Source: Dendrobates tinctorius (Eukaryota). From it: DNA of 64,000 bases. Each line of letters begins with the position of its first letter. The stretch's first letter is position 1. Location of the stretch: NCBI RefSeq assembly GCF_039654945.1, contig NW_027361684.1, positions 56,854,001 to 56,918,000 on the forward strand, in the 5' to 3' direction. Below, in pieces: positions 48,355 through 61,992 of the stretch. The notes under the pieces are model-generated. The model searched no databases. It had not been told where the DNA came from and was given only the letters and a program-made list of their open reading frames with translations. The position numbers and the translations under genes are program-made.

Positions 48355-50672
48355 AACACCTCACTACTACCAGACACTACCTAACAAGAGGTCACTATCA
48401 GGTCACCTCACAATAGCTCTTAACACCTCACAACTACCAGACACTACCTCACAATAGCTCCCTGTCACACTATGGACACCCCACTAACAACACCCCAAAG
48501 CTCTTGGCTGTGAGGCCACTTCCTGCTGGCGATGACTTTTCTGCACAAAAAAAGCAGCAAGCAATGATATCTGCATTTTTGCTGTCAGCAATCCCGCCAC
48601 AGAAGCACAGGATATGTCAGCGATTTTGCCACAGCAGCACAAAGCATGGCAACGAGCCCGCCACAGTAGCACAGAGTATGTCAGCGACTCCTCCACAGTA
48701 CCACAGACTATGTCACCAACCCAGGACTGAGACAAAGAGACACACAGAGAGAGATACAGAGAGAGGGAGATAGACAGAAAAAGAGAGATAGTGGTGTGAA
48801 GTGCCACTGTAGCACACTTATGCAGTGAGGAAGCAGTGACCCACAAAGTTCGAACACAAAATCTCTTTAATGCGTTACTTCACGGGATTAAATGTCCAAT
48901 TCACACACAAGCGCATATAATATTAGTGTCCATTTCACAGCACTACATACTACACGGCATCCTTTAGACTACAGTCACTAAACACTCTGGACCTCCCTTT
49001 GACCATTAGCTGTGGGCGACTGCACCGCCGTGTCAATGCCTCTTTACTCACAGCATAACACAGCCATGATATCCTCTGGTCATAGCCGGGAACCATATCA
49101 TCCTGTTTGTAGTCAAATAAACAGACCTCCTCGACTGGTTGCCATGGACGACTACACCGCTGTGAACGCTCTGGGTGCCAGACCTCTCAGCTCCCTTTGG
49201 CTGTTTGGCTCTGCTGGCCTGTGTTGCCTCACACAGGTAGAGCTCTGCAAAGCCAACTGCTTTGTACTCCTCCAAACACCAGACTGACACTGAACTTGAC
49301 ACTGACCTGACACACCTAAACCCTTTACTGCTGGGATTTTAACTTGGATCTGTGGCCTTCAGCCACATGGAAAACCTGGGCCTGGAATTAAACGAACTGC
49401 ACAACTACAATCCTGCAGACTGTTTCAAAATACAAAAACCCAGAGTAGGTTTTCCCTAAATATGCCTTGGACACTAGCATGTCCAAGACTACACTTATTT
49501 TTATTATCTCTAGTCTGCATTGCAGTCACCACTACGCCCGTGACTGCCATGCACTCCTACGGCCTTTATACGCCTCCATGCACATCCTGGGGAGAACACA
49601 CAGTGACCCCTACCTGGGACACCGGTCACTGCCTCCCAGGTGTCACAAGGTTTATGACCTATGATGACAAAATGACTGCCTCTTCATGGAGCCGTATCTA
49701 CAGCAGTGTTCAGCAGTGTCAGGGAGCTTTTCTTATCCTGGCTTGTACTTAAGCTCTTTATGCTTTTTTCACAGCAATTGGTGAATCTGATGAAGGTCAA
49801 TGATTTGGCTGAAATGTTCTGCTTTTGTCTGTGGATTGCAGATATGAATTAAACACCTTGAATCACATTTTTCTTGAGTGCAAAGTTTTTCAAGATTATT
49901 TATTTTTACAGAGTTGGGCCACAACTTTTGTACCAATGTGCAAAACATATTAATTTGACATATCATAATATGACAAAATGAATGTGACTTGCAACTAAAC
50001 ACTTTGTATTACAATCACGTGCTCCAACACAACCACACAAACATTAGATGCAATGTCACAATGCAACATAGCAATCTTCAGTCTACGTTACTGTGTAGCC
50101 CCAAACACGAGGTACTAGCAAAATTAACATCTCTGACAAGTCACTTGCCTCAGTAGCAGCAGCCAATAGAAGAGGGCCATCTGCCAGAACAATACATGGG
50201 TACTTTGCAATTAATGCACAATTCCACCTGGTTTGGAGGTGAGAAACACATCTCAAGCACATGATCTACAATAACATTATAATCATCCCAACCAGGACAA
50301 TTTTGGGTAAATACCCTATGGAGCTCCTACCAAATATGCAACACCAAAAAATGGAGCAAAAACACCATAATAATAGAATTCAAAGTATCAAAAAATTAAT
50401 GTAGTTGTGATAATAAAAATAACTAAAATACAGACAGGAATAGACAGTACAATGCATAATGAATCTGAAACACATAGCTATTTGATTGAAGTCCAGATGC
50501 ACCAGTGTAGAACAAACACTGCATCATGGAATAAACATGCATGGAGTAAACTATAGTAGCACCTCAAAAAAGTATCCCAGTTTCCATGTCCCAAAACAGT
50601 ATACCATTTAGTAAGGGGCCATAGAATTTCCCCATCCCTCCAAACAGTCAAATTCCCTGTAGTACGTCTTAA

Positions 50673-51138
50673 AGGGAATCTGTCACCGGAATTTGGTGGG
50701 CTATTTAAGTGACTTCTGTCCGGTCCGATGGGTGGTGTTTCCTATCCATTCCTCCTCTCAATTCTTGGCCGCTGTCCGCAATATTTTCTGGAATTGGAGT
50801 AGGTGTCCGCCATAGTCCGGCAAAGCCTAAAAGCATTACTTTGCATGTGCCGGTTAACTATGCCCCGGAACACAGCAAAATATTTCCGGGACATAGTTAA
50901 TCTGCGCATGCGCAGTAATGCTTTTAGGCTTTGCCCGCAGTTGGGCAAAGCATACTGCGCATGAGCGAGGCAAGATTGCATTGCGCACGCGCGGACTATG
51001 GCGGACACCTACTCCAATTCCAGAAAATATTGCGGACGGTGGCCAAGCATGGGGAGGAGGAATGGATAGGAAACACCGCCCATCGGACCGGACAGAAGTC
51101 ATTTAAATAGCCCGCCAAATTCAGGTGACAGATTCCCT
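50673..51138. mobile_element. T2/Kolobok-type palindromic MITE
   Basis: TTAA|AGGGAATCTGTCACC ... GGTGACAGATTCCCT|TTAA, with about 170-bp arms. Confidence 0.9.
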
Positions 51139-52262
51139 TTAAACGGTGCCACCCATATTGCTTATATTAGACCTAGAGACAGGAGATAGGTGGGGAACTT
51201 AAGAAAAGTAAGTAAAGAGGTATATCCTTTCTTACCCATGCTTTTGTCCATGTGCAGGCAGGCACCCCTACGTGCGTTTCGCGGTCGCTTCCTTAAGTAA
51301 CATGGCCTTTTTTTACCTGAACCTCTACAGTGGTGTTCTTTTGCTAATATGAAATATTGATATACTTAAACAATGTTTTTTTAAACCAGCAATAAAAAGA
51401 AATTATCTATGTATGTGTAAAGGGGACAATAAATCCACAGCGTGATAAGGAACACTACACTCCAATTCTATTCTTTGGAAAATGTTATCTTTTTACAGTT
51501 AGATAAACATACAAGAGTCACAACCTAATCATTAAGAATGATTAATAACTGTGGGTTCATTTATGAATCCTTTTACTAAGTAATTTCTGTAATATTCTGG
51601 AACCAGAGGGGGCACTCACTTTATCCTATTTTAATCAAGCTAAGGTAAAAAAAAGGAAAAATGCTATTACGGTATATATTTTCCTGACAGAGCACAAAGC
51701 TGAGGTATTTTGAACTTGACACTTTAACGAGATCAGTCAGTGGTTGAGTCATTTGCAATCCAGATTAAATTACGGCATAATCTGCTACCCTGGTAATAAA
51801 ATCCAAATATGAATATGTTTAGCAGTGTATTTGTCCTTGGAACATCTGTTGTGTTGCGGTGCCCTAAACGAAGTATGAGAAATAACGTCCGTCACCGCTT
51901 TTCTCTTGAAGGTATATCTCGGGAAAGATTTTTCTATTTGTAAGAGAAAATCTAAGCTGCGGATTTTGGTTGCAGATAAAGACATATCTTACAAAATACA
52001 AAACAGTAAGTGTTCCATGGAAACTAACTCGTTCTGGGAACGAAAGGCTGGGACGGAACATCACACATTGTCCTCACTCAATTATTTCATAGCAGGAAAC
52101 AAGCGAGAAGCACGGAGCCAATTTAGCAAGTTCTATTGCAAGGGGGTAGTGAACATTTCCTAGATCTGATATATGGCCTAGTCTGTTCTTTGGGTAAAAA
52201 GAGAATAAACAGACAATGTTTTTTACAATAATGATGTAGATCAGTAGATCAGGTGTGGCTAA

Positions 52263-52662
52263 GGGTATCGTTACACTTAGCGATGGATCAGCGATCCCGA
52301 CAACGATATGGATCGCTGGTGCATCACTAAGTGGTCGCTAGTGAGCTGCCACACAGGCAGATCTCACCAGCGACATAGCAGGGGTCGGGGGTCGCTACTT
52401 ACCTGTCAGACGAGGCGATCCTGACGTCCTCCCGCCCGCGTCCACACGTCGCTCGTCGGCGCCACAGGAAGCCCAGCAGGAAGCGCCCGACGAGAAATGA
52501 TCCAGGACGTTCTCGCGTGACCAGCGATGAGCAGCGGGGGAGCCGGTCAGAGGTAAGTAAGTATCAGACATAGCGATATCGCTAGCAATATCGCTGCTAC
52601 GTCACAAAATCGGTGACATTACAGCGATATTGCTAGCGATATCGCTATGTGTAATGGGGGCT
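52263..52662 (+). mobile_element. Harbinger-type MITE, copy 1 of a locally triplicated family
   Basis: TAA/TTA flanks and AGCGATATCGCT motifs. Homologous to 54435-54821 and 55204-55608 in the opposite orientation. Confidence 0.8.
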
Positions 52663-52695
52663 TTACTCTTTGGGATATTTACACAGAACAACACT

Positions 52696-53018
52696 CAGGA
52701 CTGTTGAACCCGCGTCGTGGAGTCGGTGTCCACTTTGGTGGAGTTGGATTCGGTGTAAAATGGACCAACTTTAACTCCTAAATTACATAATACATTGGGT
52801 TCAGTAGTTCACTGCAGAATGTCCTGTAAATGTTTTCATAAGAATTTAGGAAAGTCATGAAATATCCTATAAATGTCTGTTCTGTTCCTGAGCTAAGGAT
52901 CTCGACTTTTAGCTGAGATGAATCTGTGCTGCACTTTATGTACATGCTCAGTGCTGTGGAGTTAGGATTCATAGAAATTGAGGAGTCGGAGGTTTGGCTT
53001 ACTGACTCCGCAGCCCTG
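52696..53018. mobile_element. hAT-type MITE (CAGGGCTG/GGAGTCGG family)
   Basis: CAGGACTG...CAGCCCTG ends, repeated GGAGTCGG, degenerate 8-bp TSD ACAACACT/CCAACAAT. Confidence 0.6.
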
Positions 53019-53268
53019 CCAACAATGGTCTAACATCACCATATTGGTCAGTATCAGATTCAGGAGTCAGGACTAGGACTAGGAGCTGCATGGAAGGCTT
53101 TCTCTCTTCCTCCACAAAACACCGATGAGTAGACAACACATTAGTGAAAACTGAGCCTACACACCTGAAAAGCCCTGAGTAATTTGGTCATGGGCCCCAT
53201 ACATATGGCCAGAAATGTCAGCTGGCCAATTAGAAAAGAGAAGGCTGTTTATTGCTCAGCCATGTTTT

Positions 53269-53601
53269 TTTTTTTTTTAATCAATTAGTGTTTATTAAAG
53301 ATTTTCAAAACAATACAGTGCCATCAAACAGTAATAACAATAACAGTAACAGAGGTTAACCAAAAATGACCAGAAATAAGTAAGGAAAAGAAAAAGAAGT
53401 AGGGGAGAGAAGCGGGAGGGGGGGTAGGAACGGTAAGGGGAATAGGGGGAAGAGGAAAGGAGTATAGGCATTCACAAGGCACTGTCTAGCAGTTCAGTTA
53501 TAGACAAGGGTTCCTGGCAAACTATGGCAAAATGAGAATATTATGTCAATGATGCTTACTTATTCCCACTCAAGTATACGGTCAAACAAAGTGGAGCGGG
53601 T
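53269..53601 (-). mobile_element. 5'-truncated poly(A) retroposon (L1/Tx1-type 3' end) with a 17-bp TSD
   Basis: TTGCTCAGCCATGTTTT is duplicated at 53252-53268 and 53602-53618. Poly(T) tract and TTTATT (AATAAA on the minus strand) at the left end. Confidence 0.8.
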
Positions 53602-54434
53602 TTGCTCAGCCATGTTTTGTTGCTTATGGTCAACCTATTCTACGACTGCTCCCAAGCGGCATGACACTGCCCGACTCCAATGAATCACCCGACGAAGGGC
53701 ACTATAGGGTTTTGCTATGGAGACCTATATATTCTATGCACACCCTGGGCCCTGGGTGTAGATCCAAATCTTGGATCTGTAACTATGTTGAGAATAGGGG
53801 TCCTGTGATGCCTGTCCTTTCTGGTGCGGTGCCCCCAAATCCAAGCAGAGAAGTAGCTGTTCTTTATAAATTTTTTAAAAGCGTTATAGAAACAGTTGAT
53901 AAAGCACATGTGAAAAAGTGAGTAAAAATCTATTTAAAAAAGATATAAAATGCCAATCATATTCAGCTATAAAAAATGAAGTGGAGGCACCAAAGGGCAA
54001 TTTTGTACACGTCACTACGCAACCAAGAGCTTTTCGCATGGTTTATAAAGAAGCATAATGTTGCCATTGTTAAAGGGGCTGTCCGGTCTGTGTGAATGCA
54101 GACTTCTGAATCCCCCCAGCAGATGCACTGTGAGGATTCATGCGAGTCGAGAAAGGCGGTGATGTATGTTATGATTACTTCTGGCCAGAGCCCGTCGAGT
54201 TGGCACTGCCTAGCTTTATACAGTTTTATTGAGCAAGGCCCCGCCACTAGACGGCCGTGTCACTAGATGGGGTGTGACCTCTCTCTATACAAGTGTATGG
54301 AGAGAGGCCGCGTCCACTCGGCGGGCTCTGGCCGGGACTATGCATAACATACATCACCGGTCTGGGCTCAGAAACCGGCAAATTCTCGCAGTGCACAGTG
54401 CAAGCGCGGGGGGGATTTATAAGTCTACAGTTAA

Positions 54435-54821
54435 GGGCCTGTCATTGCTAGCGATATCGCTTAGTGTATCGCTATAACGTCACTGTTTTTTTTTACGTTA
54501 TAGCGATATTGCTAGCGATATCGCTATGTGTGATACTTACCTCCGACCGCTCCCCTGCTGGTTATCGCTGATCGCGCGAGAATGTCCTGGACCGTTTCTC
54601 GTCAGCTTCCTGCTGGGGCTTCCTGCTGTGACGACGAGCGGGAGGACGTCAGGATCGCCTCGTCTGACACGTAAGTAGCGACCCCCGACCCCTGCGATGT
54701 CGCTGGTGAGATCTGCCTGTGTGGCAGCTCACTAGCGACCACTTAGCGATGTACCAGCGATCCTGACCGCGTCATATCGCTGGTCGGGATCGCTGGTACA
54801 TTGCTAAGTGTGACAGTACCT
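54435..54821 (-). mobile_element. Harbinger-type MITE, copy 2, inserted in a T2-like remnant starting near 54070
   Basis: Reverse-complement homology to 52263-52662, with TAA/TTA flanks. Confidence 0.78.
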
Positions 54822-55203
54822 TTACACAGAGTGACATGAATTTAGAAGACTTTTAAGCTTTGCAATGCTCCTCTGAGAAATTAAATATGCAAATTGTTTC
54901 TTCAGAGAGGCAAACCAGATCTCACACTGTGCAGTGATGAGGTGCTGGCCCCCGAAACACAGTGAGATTGAGATTACTGGGTGGCTTTAATTCTAGATTC
55001 CTGGGTGGCTTTTATTCTAAGTTATGTGATAAGGCTCGTTAAAAGGTTGATATTGACTTTTAGGATTGCTACTTCCAAGAGGTGGCAGAAGAGTTCTAGT
55101 CCTCTTCCTCTCTGAAGAGACAATTTGCACATTTAATTTCCCAGAGGAGCATTGCAAGATTTCAAAGCCTCCTCACCTTGGTATGTCAGACTTGACACAT
55201 TAA

Positions 55204-55608
55204 GCCCCCGTTACACACTGCGATATCGCTAGCAATATCGCTGTAAAGTCACCGATTTTGTGATGTTGCAGCGATATTGCTAGCGATATCGCTGCATGTG
55301 ATACTTACCTCCGACCGGCTTCCCCGCTGGTTATCGCTGATCGCGCAAGAAGCTGCTGGACCATTCCTCGTCGGCCACTTCCTGCGGCGCTTCCTGCTGT
55401 GGCGACGAGCGACACGTGGAGCCGGGCGGGAGGACGCAGGATCGCCTGGTGTGACAGGTAAGTAGCGACCCCCGTCCCTAGCGATGTCGCTGGTGAGATC
55501 TGCCTGTGTGGCAGCTCACTAGCGACCACCTAGAGATGCACCAGCGATCCTGACCGCGTCATATCGCTGGTCGGGATCGCTGATGAGTCGCTAGGTGTAA
55601 CGGTACCC
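55204..55608 (-). mobile_element. Harbinger-type MITE, copy 3
   Basis: TAA flanks on both sides and homology to copies 1 and 2. Confidence 0.8.
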
Positions 55609-57266
55609 TAACTCTCCGCAAGAAGAAATGTTATCTCTTGCTTCCTACAGGTGAGGGGAGATTTATTAGAAATTGTGGAAGTAAAAAATTTTTTAATAAC
55701 TTCATGGAAATCAATTATTAAAAAAAAATAAGGGCAGGAGTGAGATTAATAGCAATTGGAAACCACTCACTTCATCTTTCCTTTGCACTAGCTTTGATAA
55801 ATCTTAATAAATGAATATAGCGATGACAAAAATAGGTTGTATTTGTGCCTTTAAATCCGTGATCTATGAAAGTCCTGAGATTTATGGCAACTCACATTTA
55901 ACAGGAGATTGCCATCATCCAGGCCTTTCTGTCAAAGTGACAATTGGAAATAAACAAGTCCTTTTCACTAAAGTGACAAAAAGCACCCAAAATCAACAAA
56001 ATAAGATCCATATGCCCTAAATATATTTGATGGGAAAACTTTCTCAAAGTTTGTGATGCTGTTTAAAGAGCAACAACAACCAGAGTGAAAACCACAATTG
56101 ATTTTGATTCGGAATACTGAATTTTTTTCAAATGTTTTCAGAACTGTTTTTATGGATAACAATAATAATAATTGCACCACCCTATGTAAAAACTGCAATC
56201 ATAGTGACATAGATACAAAAAAGGCGACACTATGGTTTTACCTTTAGAGAAAGGTTTACTGTATGGTCCACTCTGTATGTAATGCTGTCCTTGGCACTAA
56301 ATTCATGACCTTGTGAACATGATACAAAGTCATATACAAACAAGTATGAAATTCAACCATGGATCGTACACATTGCGCTGGGTTCACACTGGGTTTTTAG
56401 CCTCCAGGACAAAGCACCCAATGTATACATTCAATGGACATTATCACAGATGCCAAAGGGTATGTTTACACATTGAATATTTTCTGTGGAATTTGTTGTG
56501 GAAATTTTTGAAACTGTCCCATTCATCTGAAAAATCCCTTTTCAGTTTGATGGAACGGATTTCCATTTCCAGTGTGAATTCACCCTTACAGTGGGATTAA
56601 TAAGCCATGGACTGATATGAGATACTTTCAAAGACTACAACTGATGGGTGCTGCTGTTAGGCATGTGCTTAACACACCCATCACCAATACAGCCCAAGAT
56701 CATACCTCAATTTGGTAACCCAACAAATTCACTTCTACCCTGCTCTGATCGCCGTTTTCTCTTTCCCACATTGCTTAAAAGTAGAGACAAAAAAATTTAT
56801 TTGCAGGATCCTGATCCAGCAGCTACATCAGTATTCTGTGGTTGTCCGAAGAGAGCCCTGTGAACCGCATTTTACCTTCTGACATCTTCACTGTCTGTTT
56901 TGATTTGCCAGCCTGGCACATTGTTATCATTGTGGTGTGAATCACAAATAATCTCAGGTCAGGCTGGCTAATCAAAAGTAGAGCAGGGATGCCAGCAGGT
57001 AGGTTTGGTAATCACGGAATACTAACGTGGCCACTGGACCAGAATATTGTGAATTGATTTGAAGTTGTGTTTGTCCAGGATAGACCTGCATGATTGTTTG
57101 GTTCATCTAAAGTGAGCTAGCAAAAATCCATACTTTTGCAAAGTTTCTGCCATATGTGAACATTCTCTTTTACTAGTGGAGAGTGACAAGCCAGGTTTGT
57201 TATGTCACACTCTTACCCCTTAGATCCCAGTCTTAGCCTCTCACTTAGCCAAATCAAATCTCAGAC

Positions 57267-57309
57267 TTTGCACTGATGAGGCGCAATACTCAGAAACAGT
57301 GTCTGCAAA
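57267..57309 (+). ncRNA. Minimal type I hammerhead ribozyme motif
   Basis: TTTGCA-CTGATGA-ggcgcaatactca-GAAA-CAGTG-TC-TGCAAA: perfect stem I, both core boxes, GUC cleavage triplet. Stem II is degenerate. Confidence 0.65.
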
Positions 57310-58145
57310 TTTAGATTCTGAGTTGGCTTTTATCCTAAATCATATGGCAAGGCTTGATAAAGGGTCCATATTGTCTTGTAGGATTGCTATTTCCAATAGG
57401 TGACACTATAGAGTTCCAGTCCCCTTCCTCTCTGAAGAGAAAATTCGCACACATTCTCTTATTGTAACAGCTCGGAACCTGAAACCGCTTGTTAGGACCT
57501 ACCGTAGATGTATTTTTCAATATTTGAATCATTATTCACAGGTCAATAGGTAGCCGCCTTTACACATTCAGGTGTGTCTGAAAAATACTACTAGTAACAG
57601 CCTCTATCGGGAAAATTTAGCAGTAAAATACTAAAAAAAAAGACGATGAGAAGCTTTGCCTTTGCTGTGAATTTGCAGATGCCTGTCTATTTTTAATGTA
57701 CAAATTATTATTAATTGAAAGACACAAATATAAAAAGAAAAACTAGTATTGTCTAACAAATGGCAAAGGAAAATATCAACACATAAGCCCAGGTGTTATC
57801 GTTATACACAGCTCAATAAAGATTGTATGGTATTTAGTCAATGCCAGGGAAAAAAAATGCAGAATTAAAATTATTTTGCATGGCGCCTTCAGTCGTCAAA
57901 AAAATAAGGAACAACAAAAAAAATTAATTTGAATTTAACACTAAAGTTAAATGAACATCAAAGACCTTACACAACAATGCCTCTTTCAATGTCACGGAAC
58001 AATGAATACAATATTTCCTACACACCAAAATGATCCGCGTCCTTAAAGGGGTAGGTCACGTGCACAAGTTCAGTATTTGATCAGTTTCCTACCTCAGTAT
58101 TTGTTAGCCAAAACCAGGAGTGGAACAATCAGAGGAATAGTATAA

Positions 58146-58599
58146 GGCTAGTTTCACACTAGCGTTTATGAGCGCAGCGACGGCCTGCGCACGGCCGCCA
58201 CTAAGCCCCGCCCCCTGCCGCGCCCCCACCAGTAGCTCTGCCCACCGGCGCATGACGCTGCATGCGCCCTGCGTCCCCTATCTTTATCACAGGGGGCGCA
58301 GTCCGTGCTCAGTATGCGTTTGGCGGCGCATGCGCCTTTTTGACGGTGCGCTGACGCAACCAAACTGCAGCAGGTTGCGTTTGGCGCAGGTCGGCGCACC
58401 GTCAAAAGGACGCATGCGCCGCCAAACGCATACTGCGCACGGCCTGCGCCCCCTGTGATAAAGATAGGGGACGCAGGGCGCATGCAGTGTCATGCGCCGG
58501 TGGGCGGAGCTACCGGCGGGGGCGCGGCAGGGGGAGGGGCTTAGCGGCGGCCGTGCGCAGGCCGTCGCTGCGCTCATAAACGCTAGTGTGAAACTAGCC
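58146..58599. mobile_element. GC-rich near-perfect palindromic Harbinger-type MITE nested in an older MITE
   Basis: TAA|GGCTAGTTTCACACTAGCG ... CGCTAGTGTGAAACTAGCC|TAA, with about 210-bp arms. The host element at about 58050-58680 has an inverted sibling at about 58710-58895. Confidence 0.9.
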
Positions 58600-59417
58600 T
58601 AATAGAGACACGTCACCACTTCTGTATTCATGATCCACTCATAGTTTTGGCTTCCAGACACTAAGCATGTGCACATGGCCTAAGGCCCAGTGTTAAAGGC
58701 TATGATACTAAGACCCAGTGAACAAGTTGAGTATTTGGGGAGTTTTTCTATACAGTATTTGTAACCCAAAACCAGGAGTGGGTGATAAATACAGAAGTGA
58801 TGACGTGTTTCTATTATACATTTCCTGATTGTTCCACTCCTGGTTTTTGCTGAGGTAAAATACTGACCAAATACTCAACGTGTGACCGTGGCCTTACGCT
58901 CATGACAACTGGTGAGCACACAGGTTTTTTTCCCAGTTTGCTTTGCTTTCCTCTGAGGTTTTCCGTGGCTACGTCCATGCGTCCTTTTTGTGCTACAGAA
59001 AACAGTGCAATAGAAATATAAAAAGACAGTCTTTATTAATACTGTCAACCGCCTTCACAACGTCCCTGACAAACACCTACAAGCTGTCTAGAAAGGCTTA
59101 GAAATGCCCTGTCCACTTTTCTTAATAATGTCTGAAAGCCAAATCAAGCAGCATCTCCTGACAGCCAAAGCTTGTTTTGTGTTCCTAGTTTACTAAACCA
59201 ATTGGCACAGTAGCGTAGCCTGAGGGATCGTTGATAATGAATAATTACAGCTAGGCCCATAGAAATAAAAGCATGAAAAGATAATATTTATATTACAGCA
59301 AAAATATGGATATAATAATGCACTAAGCAACATAGAGATGTATATGTATATATACTATATTATATATATATATACAGTATATATATACATACATACACAC
59401 ACACACATATACAAACA

Positions 59418-61062
59418 CAGCTAGGTCCATATATATTTGGACAGAGACAACATTTTTATAATTTTGGTTCTAGACATTACCACAATGAATTTTAACCAAA
59501 ACAATTCAGATGCAGTTGAAGTTCAGACTTTCAGCTTTCATTTGAGATTATCCACATTAAAATTGGATGAAGGGTTTAGGAGTTTCAGCTCCTTAACATG
59601 TGCCACCCTGTTTTTAAAGGGACCAAAAGTAATTGGACAATTGACTCCAAGGCTATTTCATGGACAGGTGTGGGCAATCCCTTCGTTATGTCATTCTCAA
59701 TTAAGCAGATAAAAGGCCTGGAGTTGATTTGAGGTGAGGTGGTTGCATTTGGAAGGTTTTGCTGAGAAGGAAACAAGCGGTCAAAGGAGCTCTCCATGCA
59801 GGTGAGACAAGCCATCCTTAAGCTGCAAAAACAGAAAAAACCCATCTGAGAAATTGCTAAAACATTAGGAGTTGCAAAATCTACAGTTTGGTACATCCTG
59901 AGAAAGAAAGAAAGCACTGGTGAACTCATCAATGCAAAAAGACCTGAGCGCCCACGGAAGACAACAGTGGTGGATGATCGCAGAATAATCTCCATGGTGA
60001 AGAGAAACCCTTTCACAACAGCCAACCAAGTGAACAACACTCTCCAGGAGGTAGGCGTATCAATATCCAAATCTACCATAAAGAGAAGACTGCATGAAAG
60101 TAAATACAGAGGGTTCACTGCACGGTGCAAGCCACTCATATGCAACAAGAATCAAAAGGCTAGACTGGACATTGCTAAAAAACATCTAAAAAAGCCAGCA
60201 CAGTTCTGGAAGAACATTCTTTGGACAGATGAAACCAAGATCAACCTCTACCAGAATGATGGAAAGAGAAAAGTATGGCGAAAGCGTGGTACAGCTCATG
60301 ATCCAAAGCATACCACATCATCTGTAAAACACGGCGGAGGCAGTGTGATGGCTTGGGCATGCATGGCTGCCAGTGGCACTAGGTGACTAGTGTTTATTGA
60401 TGATGTGACACAGGACAGAAGCAGCCGAATGAATTCTGAGGTATTCAGAGCCATACTGTGGGCTCAGATCCAGCCAAATGCAGCCAAACTGATTGGTCGT
60501 CGTTTCATACTACAGCTGGACAATGACCCAAAACATAAAGCCAAAGCAACCCAGGAGTTTATTAAAGCAAAGAAGTGGAATATTCTTGAATGGCCAAGTC
60601 AGTCACCTGATCTCAACCCAATTGAGCATGCATTTCACTTGTTAAAGACTAAATTTCAGACAGAAAGGCCCACAAACAAACAGCAACTGAAAACCACCAC
60701 AGTGAAGGCCTGGCAGAGCATCAAAAAGGAGGAAACACAGCGTCTGGTGATTTCCATGAGTTCAAGACTTCAGGCAGTCATTGCCAGCAAAGGGTTTTCA
60801 ACCAAGTACTAGAAATGAACATTTTATTTACAATTATTTAATCTGTCCAATTACTTTTGGTCCCTTTAAAAACAGGGTGGCACATGTTAAGGAGCTGAAA
60901 CTCCTAAACCCTTGATCCAATTTTAATGTGGATACCCTCAAATGAAATCTGAAAGTCTGAACTTCAACTGCATCTGAATTGTTTTGTTTAAAAATCATCG
61001 TGGTAATGTCTAGAACCAAAATTAGAAAAATGTCTCTGTCCAAATATATATGGACCTAACTG
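59418..61062 (+). mobile_element. Tc1-family transposon with about 225-bp TIRs
   Basis: CAGCTAGGTCCATATATATTTGGACAGAGAC / GTCTCTGTCCAAATATATATGGACCTAACTG, inserted in TA/CA microsatellite. Confidence 0.93.
59775..60812 (+). pseudogene. Tc1 DD34E transposase pseudogene (start codon apparently lost, two TGA stops)
   Basis: RSKELSMQVRQAIL..., WTDETK, LDNDPKH and SPDLNPIEH motifs. Stops near 59848 and 60384. Confidence 0.9.
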
Positions 61063-61179
61063 ATATATATATATAGAGAGAGCTCAAAAAAATATAGGGA
61101 ACACTTAAACAAAACAATGTAACTCCAAGTCAATCACACTTCATGGGGTAGTAATTTTAATTTACAATAATCATTATTA

Positions 61180-61992
61180 CCGTATATACTCGAGTATAAG
61201 CTGACCCGAGTATAAGCCCAGGCCCCTAATTTTGCCACGGAAAACTGGGTAAGCTTATTGACTCAAGTATAAGCCGGGTATGCATTGTCCCCTCATCCCT
61301 GTCCTGCTCTGTGTGGCTCTCCCCCCTCCAAGTATGCATGGCTCGGCTCCCTGTCCCATCCTTCTATGTATGGCTCAGCTCCCTGTCCTCCCCCATGCTC
61401 CTCCATCCTCCTCAGTGCTCCCCCACCTTCCCCCATCCTCCTCCGTGCTCCCCCATCCTCCTCCGTCGTCCTCTGTGCTCCCCCATCCTCCATTGTGCTC
61501 CCCCCATCCTCCCCGTCCTCCTCCCTGCTCCCCCTGTCCTCCTCCGTGCTCCCCCGTCCTCCTTTGTGCTCCCCCGTCCTCCCCCTATCCATACTCACCC
61601 TCCTGTGGCAATGCTGAACGTCCCCTGCATCCTCCGTTGTCTCAGCGTTGACAGCTTCTTCCTGCATGGAGCGGTCACATGGTACCACTCATTAAGGTAA
61701 TGAATATGGATGCCACACCTATGGGAGTGGAGTCGCGTCCATATTCATTACCTTAATGAGCGGTAACATGTGACCGCTCCATGCAGGAAGAAGCTGTCAG
61801 CGCTGGGACAATGGAGGATGCAGGGGACGTTCAGCGTTGCCACAGGAGGGTGAGTATGACATCCCAGCCACCTACTCTTGCCGCCGCTCCCCCCCCCCGC
61901 TGGTTTCTGCAGAATGACTCAGGTATAAGCCGAGGGCATTTTCAGCACAAAAAAAGTGCTGAAAATCTCTGCTTATACACAAGTATATACGG
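61180..61992. mobile_element. CCGTA-terminal (pogo/Tc2-like) MITE nested in a short Tc1 derivative (about 61080-62103)
   Basis: TA|CCGTATATACTCGAGTATAAG ... CTTATACACAAGTATATACGG|TA, with an internal CT-rich repeat and a hairpin at 61590-61860. Confidence 0.85.

Noticed and set aside
48795-49647. Solo LTR (TGTGA...TCACA)
   Set aside because: The ends fit, but there is no matching TSD, PBS or PPT.
51976-52005. 30-nt plus-strand micro-exon (DKDISYKIQN)
   Set aside because: Splice dinucleotides are present, but the polypyrimidine tract is weak and I do not recognise the peptide.
61280-61700. Pro-rich ORFs
   Set aside because: They arise from a low-complexity CT-rich repeat inside a MITE.
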